From NCBI GenBank assembly GCA_018985225.1, contig JADGIF010000142.1, forward strand, positions 1-17,694: a stretch of 17,694 bases of DNA. Direction: 5' to 3'. The stretch is from Amoeboradix gromovi X-113. Its lineage: Eukaryota > Fungi > Sanchytriomycota. Under the pieces are notes generated by a model. It was not told the DNA's origin. It saw only the letters and a program-made list of their open reading frames with translations, and searched no databases. The translations under genes were made by a program, and so were the position numbers. Positions 8,814-17,567 of the stretch are shown here, one piece after another; the stretch's first letter is position 1, and every line of letters starts with the position of its first letter.

Positions 8814-9523
8814 ATGAGTAGTTACATAACTGTGGCCAACATTTCTTATATTCGTAGCGGTGTGGTTATCTCGAACAAAGGTTTCGGCATACGGTTAACA
8901 CTCTAGAAACCATTCATATGCTTGCTATTAGGTACTGCTAGGAGTGTGCTGACTAATTATTTGAAATTTCTCCAGAAACAACTTCATTGTCTCTTCTTAT
9001 CATTAAAGCACAAATTAGGAATATTATTTTCCCTTTCTGCAATTCTTCATGATCATAATAATTTGGCGTATTCAAAGACAAGTGAAAAAAAGACAAGAAA
9101 CATGGCTGTGCAAGTTTAAAGGTTTGACCACTATGTAATCAAATGGAAGTTTATTAACTTTGCTAATACACCTACAGCGCTTGCCAATGGCTTATAGTTT
9201 AGTCGATTGTCGCTGCTAAAAATTCTAATAAGTAAACAATAACCGTCGTTTCATGCATTTTGTCACTTCTATATGCTTTGTCGCTATAGTTTCTAGTTGA
9301 ATTATGATGGGGTGTTTTTTTTCTCATATAACAAGTAGCTGAATGTTTCCTTAGCCGGAGTACGTCAAGTTAAAGACCTTACCAAGCAGCAGTAGATGCG
9401 CTTCTTTTGCACGGAAAATAGTCTAATAATGAGTATCGTCCAGGAAAGAGTGAAAATATTTCAAATTAATTGACCACCAGCGTAAATTAAGAATGCAAAA
9501 TTAAAATTTTATTAATGCCTAAG

Positions 9524-11455
9524 CTATTGCTTTGTACTGCAAAGCATGGCTCCCAACCGTGCTTCATTGACGCCGTCTTCCGTCAAGCTTCCCATTTCTT
9601 TTCCATTGAAATAGGTAAAGCCATCAAACATTTCGTTGGTATCTTTTATTATGGAATGATCTTTTTTTTTGAGTACAGTTTGCGCAGCTTTCTGGCTATC
9701 GAAAAGTTTATCAATTTTTCCAATTCCACTAACTACCAATATTACTGCTTTCTTTGGCATTGCGGCATAAATGTCCATTACATTCTTTTGAAAAGCACCG
9801 AATATCTCAGATTTATTGTTTTTTTTATTACTCAAGCATGTCAATCTATCCAATGATACCCAGGTAGCAAATGCCTTGTTCTCCCTAATCTTTTCAGTCG
9901 CCCTTAGTGCTGCTTCATCATCATCATGAACTGTGATGCTTTTCCAGGCCGACTCCCCTGTTTTCTGTATTCTTTCGGGCCTGTCAATAACCGCGGCCAA
10001 TCTTCCATTCGCTCTGTTTATCCTTTGCCATAAGGGTTCATAGACGCTTCTTTTTTGTCCAAACGTGGGACCTTTTGTCATTTTCAATAAAAATAACTCC
10101 ATCGTACATGTAGCATCAATTGTTGAATCATGGCTACTTTCTTGGATTGTCTTTCCCACGAATTGCTTGGACAGATACTTCAAGGAAGACTTCAATCCTT
10201 GGTTTGGTCCGTCGTATATTAAAGCAGTATCTATATTATAGTCATAAGTTAATCTCAGCGCTTTTAAATCATTTTCGAGCGAATGACCGACCAAATATGT
10301 AATTCCTTTGAATTTGTTAAAAATCTCAATTAAAGAGTTTTGGACATCTTCCAGTGATTTGGAAGCAGAGTCTATCATGTCCTTGGACAGACCAGAGTAT
10401 GTTGTGCGGTAATCCAGTACTTTACCGCTTGGCTTGAATATTAAGTCAAAAATAACGTCAAGAGACTCATCCACAATTGATAACCTACCAGCCTCGTCAC
10501 CATATTCTGTTAAGACCATCTCGCAATCTATGGCTAAAACTCTGATTTCATCTTTTAGGAGTGGTATCATATGAAAGTGGCGCAAATTAGAGTGTTTGTG
10601 AGTGTGAAATTGAACTTTAACATTTTCAAAGTTTTGGACTGATGTGTCAAATAGTGGATCGTTTTGTATGCTTTTAGGATAATCATGTATGTTCATTGCG
10701 TCTTGAGATACTCTGTATAGAGCGATTGCATCCGTCCTTAAGATTTTGCCGCTTTCTATTTTATGAGCCCATTCAGACATACTGGCCATATTAAAAGAAT
10801 GGTGGCTAGATTTTATTTTAATGCTAGGTGAAAGACGGACTAGAAATTCGTTTACAGGCTCAAAGCAACGACGACGAACCGGGATTTGAAAAGGAACACA
10901 AGTTTTAAAAATTGATTTAAAACCGGACAAATCTGAAATGAAATTAAAACTGACATATCTGTCATCAGAAGATTGTTCATCACTGAGTTTAATAGGTTTG
11001 TACTGTGATTGAAGACAAAAATGCTGATCTTTTTGAGTTGGATCTAATTCCATAATATCTAATGGAGAAAGGTTAGGGACATACACAATGACAAGCTGCT
11101 TCACTTGTGTTTTTCTGCGAACCATCATCATCTTAGGGTTCAGACCATCTCCTAAAAGCCATAAAATCAAATTTTGCAGCTGTCTGCCATCAAAAATATC
11201 AAAAGTGTTTAAATTTACAAAGCACTCTGGTAAATCTCTATTATCTAAATTTGCATGAGAGCATTGCAGGAAATCTACGGTCATTCTTATTTGTTCCTCC
11301 AAGTCTTTCTTTTTTAATTTGCCCTTTTCAGTTCTAATTCTCTTCTTTTTACTTACCGTCATAGGCGTTGTTATTTCTCTTTTCTCTCCTATGTCCTTAT
11401 AGCTTACAATTTCTCTTTCTTTTGCTGTAGTATTTGGTGTCGAATTTAAATCCAT
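9524..11455 (-). CDS. REX1: DEDDh 3'-5' RNA exonuclease, REX1/RNH70-REXO5 type
   Basis: Exo I 'LAIDCEMV', 'KPSGKVLDYRTTYSG', Exo II 'LVGHSLENDLKAL', 'IDTA', 'SSLKYLSKQFVGKTIQ', Exo III 'HDSTIDA', 'KGPTFG'. N-terminal 'LQNLILWLLGDG..P' block and basic NLS-like stretch. Confidence 0.9.
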   Translation of the reverse strand: MDLNSTPNTTAKEREIVSYKDIGEKREITTPMTVSKKKRIRTEKGKLKKKDLEEQIRMTVDFLQCSHANLDNRDLPECFVNLNTFDIFDGRQLQNLILWLLGDGLNPKMMMVRRKTQVKQLVIVYVPNLSPLDIMELDPTQKDQHFCLQSQYKPIKLSDEQSSDDRYVSFNFISDLSGFKSIFKTCVPFQIPVRRRCFEPVNEFLVRLSPSIKIKSSHHSFNMASMSEWAHKIESGKILRTDAIALYRVSQDAMNIHDYPKSIQNDPLFDTSVQNFENVKVQFHTHKHSNLRHFHMIPLLKDEIRVLAIDCEMVLTEYGDEAGRLSIVDESLDVIFDLIFKPSGKVLDYRTTYSGLSKDMIDSASKSLEDVQNSLIEIFNKFKGITYLVGHSLENDLKALRLTYDYNIDTALIYDGPNQGLKSSLKYLSKQFVGKTIQESSHDSTIDATCTMELFLLKMTKGPTFGQKRSVYEPLWQRINRANGRLAAVIDRPERIQKTGESAWKSITVHDDDEAALRATEKIRENKAFATWVSLDRLTCLSNKKNNKSEIFGAFQKNVMDIYAAMPKKAVILVVSGIGKIDKLFDSQKAAQTVLKKKDHSIIKDTNEMFDGFTYFNGKEMGSLTEDGVNEARLGAMLCSTKQ

Positions 11456-12116
11456 TAGTTTCCGTGTTTCTGAGACATGTAATTACAAATTGTCCCCGTC
11501 ACTTTGGATAGGGGTTCGATTGATTTTCTACTCAGTTTCCGAAGAGATTGTTACTTTAATACCTATTTCTAAAATTTAGGCCGCTATAGCTTCTGCAATA
11601 ACTTTGCATCTTGTACTTTATAGCTGCTTTCAAATCTCTATCAATTCAAGTATAGCAATTTCTTCATCGACATCGTCTTTCGTTATCATATGATGCCACC
11701 AGTTTAAATTATTTTAAATGGCATTAGCAGAGATCACCGTTGCTCTCTTTGCGTAATATCCTACTACTTATTAGTGTTTCGAATTGAGGATTGTAATACT
11801 TTGGGTGAAAAATAGCACAATCTACATTGCGTCGGCTTGAGGAACATCTTAAGACAAAGTCGTATTTAAAGAACCGTCTTAATACTCTTAACCTAACCAA
11901 GTTACTTCTAATAATCACAATAATTTGCAGTTTCTGTTTAGATTGTAATTAATTCTAAATTCTTAAGCGGCCTTGATATGATTCCCGATGAAACATAGAG
12001 TTCATCTATCAGAGGTAATTCGCCTACGTTAAATGTGAAGCTCTCAAATTACTTCGAGATCCCGCACTCCTTCAGTGTAGACAACTTGGGTAAGTACGAT
12101 TTAAGCATATTTTTCC

Positions 12117-12812
12117 CTACATTAATAAAACAATATGGATATTTGAAGCTTTACCTGCTTGGTTTTCGCAGACAACATCTCTAGTAATCGTAGTGTAATA
12201 CTTTTTAATTGCAGATTTAAAAACAATCTTTGTAGCTGCATCACTGTAAACCAAAGGCTCTTTTGATTTTAATTCACCTTTTCCCCAAAATCTAGGAAAT
12301 GGTCTAGGTGGTCTAATTTTTCCAGTGCCAATAATATCCCGAGTACGAAATTGAATACTAGTAGACTTGGCATTCCTACATTTCCACTTGAATTCAAACT
12401 TATGTAAGGGGTTCTTCTTTTTCTTTGCCCAATTTGAATCCAACGCCTTTTGGAAATCATTGTAAAGAGTGTCTCTTATTTCCATTGGAATTTTTAGTAA
12501 CCATTCGTTATGAGTTGTCCAAAGACTATAATTATATACCAATAAATATCTTAATCTATATGTCTTCCTCAAATGTGGAAAGTTAGTGTAAAAATAAACA
12601 CATTTGTTATGTTTCCAAAGATAAGCACCACACCATTGTCTCAAAATAATTGTTTGTGGTACTGTTGGGGTTAGCTCTACAGATTTGCAACATTTCATAG
12701 TGTTAACTACCTTTTTTACTTCCTTTCCAAATCTATTCTTTTTTGGTGCTGCTTTCTTTTTCTTTTCGATTTCTAGCTGCTCGTCTTCCATTTTTCGTTG
12801 CAACAAAGACAT
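12117..12812 (-). pseudogene. tnpB: TnpB/Fanzor2-like RNA-guided nuclease gene, 3'-truncated: N-terminal (WED/REC) part present, RuvC absent. Possible start MEDEQ at 12791.
   Basis: 'KSVELTPTVPQTIILRQWCGAYLWKHN' resembles the OrfB N-terminal motif (K..L.P...Q...L..W.G..RW.YN). 'NEWLLKIPMEIRD...DFQKA..SN...F.FKWK' and 'KKYY...CENQA' are Fanzor2-like. Homologues have RuvC-I (ALDPG) soon after ENQ; here the ORF ends 12 codons after ENQA and I found no DPG motif in the immediately downstream sequence. Confidence 0.8.
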
Positions 12813-13340
12813 TATTCATGGCGAGTAAGTCATCAGCGAGTTCTCTGTCGGGGTCATCTTGAATGGCGTGGAGAACCACGACTTTTTTTGGTGATATCCG
12901 CAAATTTTCTCAAAAAAGTCATATCCAAAGCGGCAGAGTCTATCTTTGTCTATAATGGTGATTGTCGAAACTTTATCTTCTTGAACAAGTTTAAGCAGTC
13001 TGGAGAAACCTCTTCTTTTGAAATTGATTCCAGATCCAATATCCTTGATGATTTCTTGATCTGGACATTTTTCTTGCATGTAAAGTACTTGACGTTCAAG
13101 ATCTTTCTTCTGATGCTGGGAGGATACACGACAATAGACGATGCCTTTCTTTTCATTGGTAACCTTATTTCCAAAACAGCATCCGATGTCTTTAAAATGG
13201 TAGAGTCTATTTCCGCCTGGTGTTTTGACATACCTAACTTTCCCATCTTCTGCCCACTTACGTAGTTGGGTGTTGGAGATTTCGTAATCTTTTTGGATTG
13301 TGGCAACTCTAACGAAATTGGATAGCTTTTCATTCTTCAT
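12733..13340 (-). CDS. tnpA: IS607-family TnpA serine recombinase (MerR-like HTH + resolvase domain), split by a -1 frameshift at ~12882-12889; ~202 aa when restored
   Basis: HTH 'ISNTQLRKWAEDGKVRYVKTPGGNRLY', catalytic 'IVYCRVSSQHQKKDLERQ', 'DIGSGINFKRRG', 'DKDRLCRFGYDFF'. The -1 frame after CAAAAAAAG reads KVVVLHAIQDDPDRELADDLLAMNNVFVATKNGRRAARNRKEKESSTKKE* (stop 12733-12735), the typical IS607 TnpA C-terminus. Confidence 0.92.
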
Positions 13341-13657
13341 CAACAGTTGCGTTCCAAGGAGAGGTCGCTAAAATCCTTTAAATGGTGTTATTCGTATCAC
13401 TAAATGTTTTTATAAAATACGCCAATAAAATTGAAGAGAACTATGATTTATTTAAGAAATTCACATTTGGGTTTACAGGTAATATTATTTCCTATTGTCA
13501 TTCTATTTCAAAATACGCCCAACCATAGAGCTTGTCCATATTGAGAAAAAGATCATCTATTAGTGCACTGGACCCAACACATCGCACATAATATAATTCT
13601 ACTACTGCTATCTTCAAATTGTAAACTTGCAACCCTTGGATTTTTAAAACCTCCTTA

Positions 13658-15724
13658 ATGTCGGTAGAGACCCTACTTGTCAATAACTGTGATGTCCCTG
13701 TGATAGAGTACATCTCGGAAATGATTAAATTAAATCAAACAAATGATTTAGAGCTGTTTCTATCTGAATTTGACTGCCTCCACCTTTTAGATCAACTTTT
13801 GGCACTTGTACCTAGGCAGCAACAATCTCATATTCAAAAACTTGACCATGCTGTGGAGCTACATACTTTCAAAGGAAATACTTTTAAAGAAAAACGTAAA
13901 GATATTAGTGCACTTCGTGACAATACTACCATTGTTGACCAAGAAGAATTAGTAAAAGCTGAAAAGAAGTTGTTAGAAAAGCGAGAACGTAAAAAAGATC
14001 GAAATACTGTCAAGGAGATTCACCTCAGCTCCCTTAAGCGTGTTACACTGACTGATGAACAGGTATTTCAACAGTATGTTGCCCATAAACAGGCCAAATC
14101 AATGGATATATTTATTGACAATTTAACATTAAATTTGTACGGATTAACTGTTTTAACCAACGCTGAGCTGAAGCTGTCTTACAAACGTATATATGGCTTA
14201 ATCGGTATGAATGGTATCGGTAAATCCACACTTCTGCATGCCATTACAGCTAGGGAGGTTCCAATACCTTTTCATCTAAAGGTAGTGTATGTAGAACAAG
14301 AGCTGGTAGAGAACAATGAACCTATAATTGAAATGGTCCTAAAAGCAGATCAGCTGAGAGAGTATTTGATAAAGAAAGAGAAAGAGCTACTAGTTATTTG
14401 CAAGTCTCAAGACGCTCCAGCTTCTGCCCAGGAAGAGCTGCAACAAATTTACAATGAAATGGATGTTGCAGACATTCATTCTGCAGAATCAAGAGCTGCT
14501 TCTTTATTGATTGGATTGGGATTCAAACACGAACAGTTAAGTTGGCCGCAGTCCAAGTTTAGTGGAGGCTGGAAGATGCGAGTTGCATTAGCCAAGGCGC
14601 TATTTACTAGCCCTGACCTGTTACTATTAGACGAGCCCACGAATCACTTGGACATTCCAGCTGTTGCTTGGTTGGCCAATTATTTGTTAAACGACTTCAA
14701 TGGTACTTGCCTTGTTGTGTCTCACGATAGAGCATTTCTTGATCTAGTAGCTACTGACATAATGCACATGTATAATCAGTCCATTAAATCGTACAAGGGC
14801 AATTTCACGCAATTTGAAAAAACGAGAAAGGACCTTACAATTCAGCAAATTAGAGAATTTGAGAATCAATCTAGAGAGAAGGCTCATTTGCAAGCTTTTG
14901 TTGACAGATTCAGAGCAAGTGCTGCCCGTGCCAGTCAAGCGCAGTCAAAATTGAAAATAATCGAGAAAATGCCGGATTTAGTTATGCCGGAAATTACTGA
15001 GCTAGATGAAGATGTAGTTCCTTATCACTTTGAGCAACCTGATAAAGTATCAATCACACTGATTGAATTGCGCGATGTTCATTTCAATTATGATGGAATG
15101 CCGTTGATCGTGGACAATCTGAGCTTAAGGATTCGTATGGACTCTAAAACTATTCTTGTGGGTGGAAATGGTCAAGGCAAATCCACCATTCTAAAACTTA
15201 TGATGAAATCTATTAATCCAAAGAGTGGTGATGTAATACAACATGGAAATATGAGAATTGGTTACTTTAGTCAGCATCACATGGATATGTTCAGTAACAT
15301 GGACCAGAATGCTGTCGAATATCTGCAATCTGTCAAGCCTGGTCAGAGTGTTCAAGAATACAGATCTCACCTGGGGGGATTTGGAATCAGTGGTTCAGTT
15401 AGTTTACAATCTCTTAACACTTTATCTGGAGGACAAAAGAGCAGGGTTTCATTTGCCAGCTTATCTCTACAACTTCCCAATGTGTTAATACTGGATGAGG
15501 TTAGTAATCATTTAGATATTGTGAGTCTGAAAGCAATGGCCATGGCATTAAGGGACTTCACAGGTGGCTTAGTTTTGGTATCTCACGATGTCAAGTTCAT
15601 AGAGACTGTATTTAATGAGGAGCATTCAACCAAGCAAATGATTGTCGTGGAATATGGAAAAACGATTGAATGGCCAAACACCGACATTTATGACTACCAA
15701 AGATACTGTCTGGGTAAGAAATAA
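13658..15724 (+). CDS. GCN20: ABC-F translation factor GCN20/ABCF3
   Basis: Two NBDs and no TM domain: GMNGIGKST / FSGGWKMRVALAKALF / LLLLDEPTNHLD / VVSHDR; linker 'HLQAFVDRFRASAARASQAQSKLK'; GGNGQGKST / LSGGQKSRV / LILDEVSNHLD / VSHD. N-terminal 'VIEYI' extension. Confidence 0.92.
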   Translation: MSVETLLVNNCDVPVIEYISEMIKLNQTNDLELFLSEFDCLHLLDQLLALVPRQQQSHIQKLDHAVELHTFKGNTFKEKRKDISALRDNTTIVDQEELVKAEKKLLEKRERKKDRNTVKEIHLSSLKRVTLTDEQVFQQYVAHKQAKSMDIFIDNLTLNLYGLTVLTNAELKLSYKRIYGLIGMNGIGKSTLLHAITAREVPIPFHLKVVYVEQELVENNEPIIEMVLKADQLREYLIKKEKELLVICKSQDAPASAQEELQQIYNEMDVADIHSAESRAASLLIGLGFKHEQLSWPQSKFSGGWKMRVALAKALFTSPDLLLLDEPTNHLDIPAVAWLANYLLNDFNGTCLVVSHDRAFLDLVATDIMHMYNQSIKSYKGNFTQFEKTRKDLTIQQIREFENQSREKAHLQAFVDRFRASAARASQAQSKLKIIEKMPDLVMPEITELDEDVVPYHFEQPDKVSITLIELRDVHFNYDGMPLIVDNLSLRIRMDSKTILVGGNGQGKSTILKLMMKSINPKSGDVIQHGNMRIGYFSQHHMDMFSNMDQNAVEYLQSVKPGQSVQEYRSHLGGFGISGSVSLQSLNTLSGGQKSRVSFASLSLQLPNVLILDEVSNHLDIVSLKAMAMALRDFTGGLVLVSHDVKFIETVFNEEHSTKQMIVVEYGKTIEWPNTDIYDYQRYCLGKK

Positions 15725-15824
15725 CTTAGCGATGAAATAATAAATAATTACATTAATTTATTTAACAGAATGATCGGTCTAGAATACCATAAAAGTTTGC
15801 TAGTCAACAGTGCTCTTAGAGCTG

Positions 15825-16775
15825 TTACTTCGCCAATAACAATTTGTATATAAATAGCATGGGATACGATGCATAATTGATTAAGACATTCACGCAAGCG
15901 ATGAAAATAAAAACTGCGTGTAAGTCGTAAATACAGTAGTACATGGCAGATACACTGAACAGTGAAAGAAACGTACAGAGAATATGAAAGCGCGACCCAG
16001 TGGTTTTGGATACAGCACAACGAGAGATATTAAAATCAATGTCAAGTGGATCTAATTCTTTTAGTTTAGTGTAATAAATTATCAGGAATCTGGTGTCAAT
16101 AAGGCTATGACAGGTTAGGTTAATAAAAGGACCCATGTACCAAATAAAGTTCAAGGTATGCTCAACCAAGTCTTCACTTATAATAGCCCAATTTGCAACC
16201 AGCAGAGTTACGGCTACATCAAATAGAAAGATTGAATACTTGACATGAAGTAGCCTAAAGAATAATGTACAACCTGACATCCCATTTTTTAGACGGAACA
16301 AAAAAGTAGACAGAGAAAACAAAATACCAACACATTGAATAGAAATATATAAAACGCAGCATATCATAGCAATATGCTCTCTAGATCTTGCAGAAGTGTC
16401 ATGAAGTTTAATAATATGAAATTGCCAGATCATAGAGAGATATGGTATTAAGGAATCTATTATTAACTCGCGGTCACGAAGCACCTTGTGTTTATAGAAT
16501 AGCTTGGAATATTTATTCAGATAAACAGCTAGGCAACCAATGACCGAAATGCATAAATCAAATATTGTAAAAAAACCAAGCATCAGAAAGAATGGATATT
16601 CCTTAAACGTGTACGATTCGTTTGTTCCTCGAATATAAAATTGTAAAACAACGATAAATAAGAGGCAAGCAGTTTTTAGCAACCTAAACAAGTAGTACCT
16701 CTGTATGGCGCTCACGCCCTGGTTTGTGATTCTACTGAGAATGAACATATTATCCTTCTCATCAGACTTCTGCAT
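15825..16775 (-). CDS. Multi-pass (about 7-8 TM) membrane protein of unknown function
   Basis: 316-aa ORF with repeated ~20-aa hydrophobic segments (e.g. FFLMLGFFTIFDLCISVIGCLAVYL, IAMICCVLYISIQCVGILFSLSTFLF, YSIFLFDVAVTLLVANWAII). Convergent with GCN20. Confidence 0.75.
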   Translation of the reverse strand: MQKSDEKDNMFILSRITNQGVSAIQRYYLFRLLKTACLLFIVVLQFYIRGTNESYTFKEYPFFLMLGFFTIFDLCISVIGCLAVYLNKYSKLFYKHKVLRDRELIIDSLIPYLSMIWQFHIIKLHDTSARSREHIAMICCVLYISIQCVGILFSLSTFLFRLKNGMSGCTLFFRLLHVKYSIFLFDVAVTLLVANWAIISEDLVEHTLNFIWYMGPFINLTCHSLIDTRFLIIYYTKLKELDPLDIDFNISRCAVSKTTGSRFHILCTFLSLFSVSAMYYCIYDLHAVFIFIACVNVLINYASYPMLFIYKLLLAK

Positions 16776-17200
16776 TTCAAACTTGGCCTAGATGAACCCA
16801 GTTCACAAAGTATGTTATAAGTTCCGTCTTAAGAAAAGGGAACATACGAGTCATAATAGACATTTTATAGAAGTGAAATGCATGCGCAGCAGATTGAAGC
16901 CATTGAAGAAAGACAAATTAAACTTTTTGCTACAAGCTACATCCCTGAAAAGTAAAAGAAATTATTTGAATTTAGTGAAGCATTTACCTCTCGATCGCAT
17001 ATAAGGCGAGGTATTCAAAGAGACTCAATTTAAGGCAGAAATAGCACAAAATGTCACGATCCTTAGTTGAATCTGGGAAAATCTCGTTAGAAATGCTGTG
17101 AAGTTGCGCTAGATGTAACAGCTATTTGTTGAGGGAATCGCTCTGCTCTAAAGTCAGTACTTTTCTCTGATGGGCGAAGCGATATTAATGATTGTTGGAT

Positions 17201-17244
17201 GACTGATCTCATATCATAGACTGATCTCATATCATAGACTGATC
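17201..17244. repeat. Perfect 18-bp tandem duplication (GACTGATCTCATATCATA x2 + GACTGATC)
   Basis: Units at 17201-17218 and 17219-17236, partial 17237-17244. Confidence 0.95.
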
Positions 17245-17567
17245 ATGTACAGCTAGCTCCGCTGGGGATGGAATAGGTGTAATCTCCGATCTAGAATAAT
17301 AGTTACGCTTTATGAAGCATCTGCAGCTAATAGTACTCATAAGAAAATGGATTTGCTACGAATGAAATTGTAAACCCCAGAGTCGCGCGCATGAATGGTG
17401 GAAATTATGCCAGCGAGCTTGCTGTATTCCACATTGAGGGGCCTTATCCACTTTATGGTAGAAATAAAAGAGAATCGCTAGTTGGTTATTACACTGATAT
17501 GTTTGGACATAATTATGTAGGGCAACTATACAAACTCAGAAAAATGTCTCAAGTTATTTTTACATCT

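Larger units (their letters stand above)
12117..13343 (-). mobile_element. IS607-family element remnant (TnpA serine recombinase + TnpB/Fanzor2-like gene); exact ends not defined
   Basis: Overlapping tnpA-then-tnpB arrangement typical of IS607, lying between eukaryotic REX1 and GCN20. No TIR or TSD seen, as expected for IS607. Confidence 0.88.

Noticed and set aside
13344-13500. Defined IS607 left end with subterminal direct repeats
   Set aside because: No convincing repeats or boundary from a single copy.
15490-15520. DEVSNHLD instead of DEP(T/S)NHLD in GCN20 NBD2
   Set aside because: Catalytic DE is retained; a single substitution is unremarkable in a divergent lineage.
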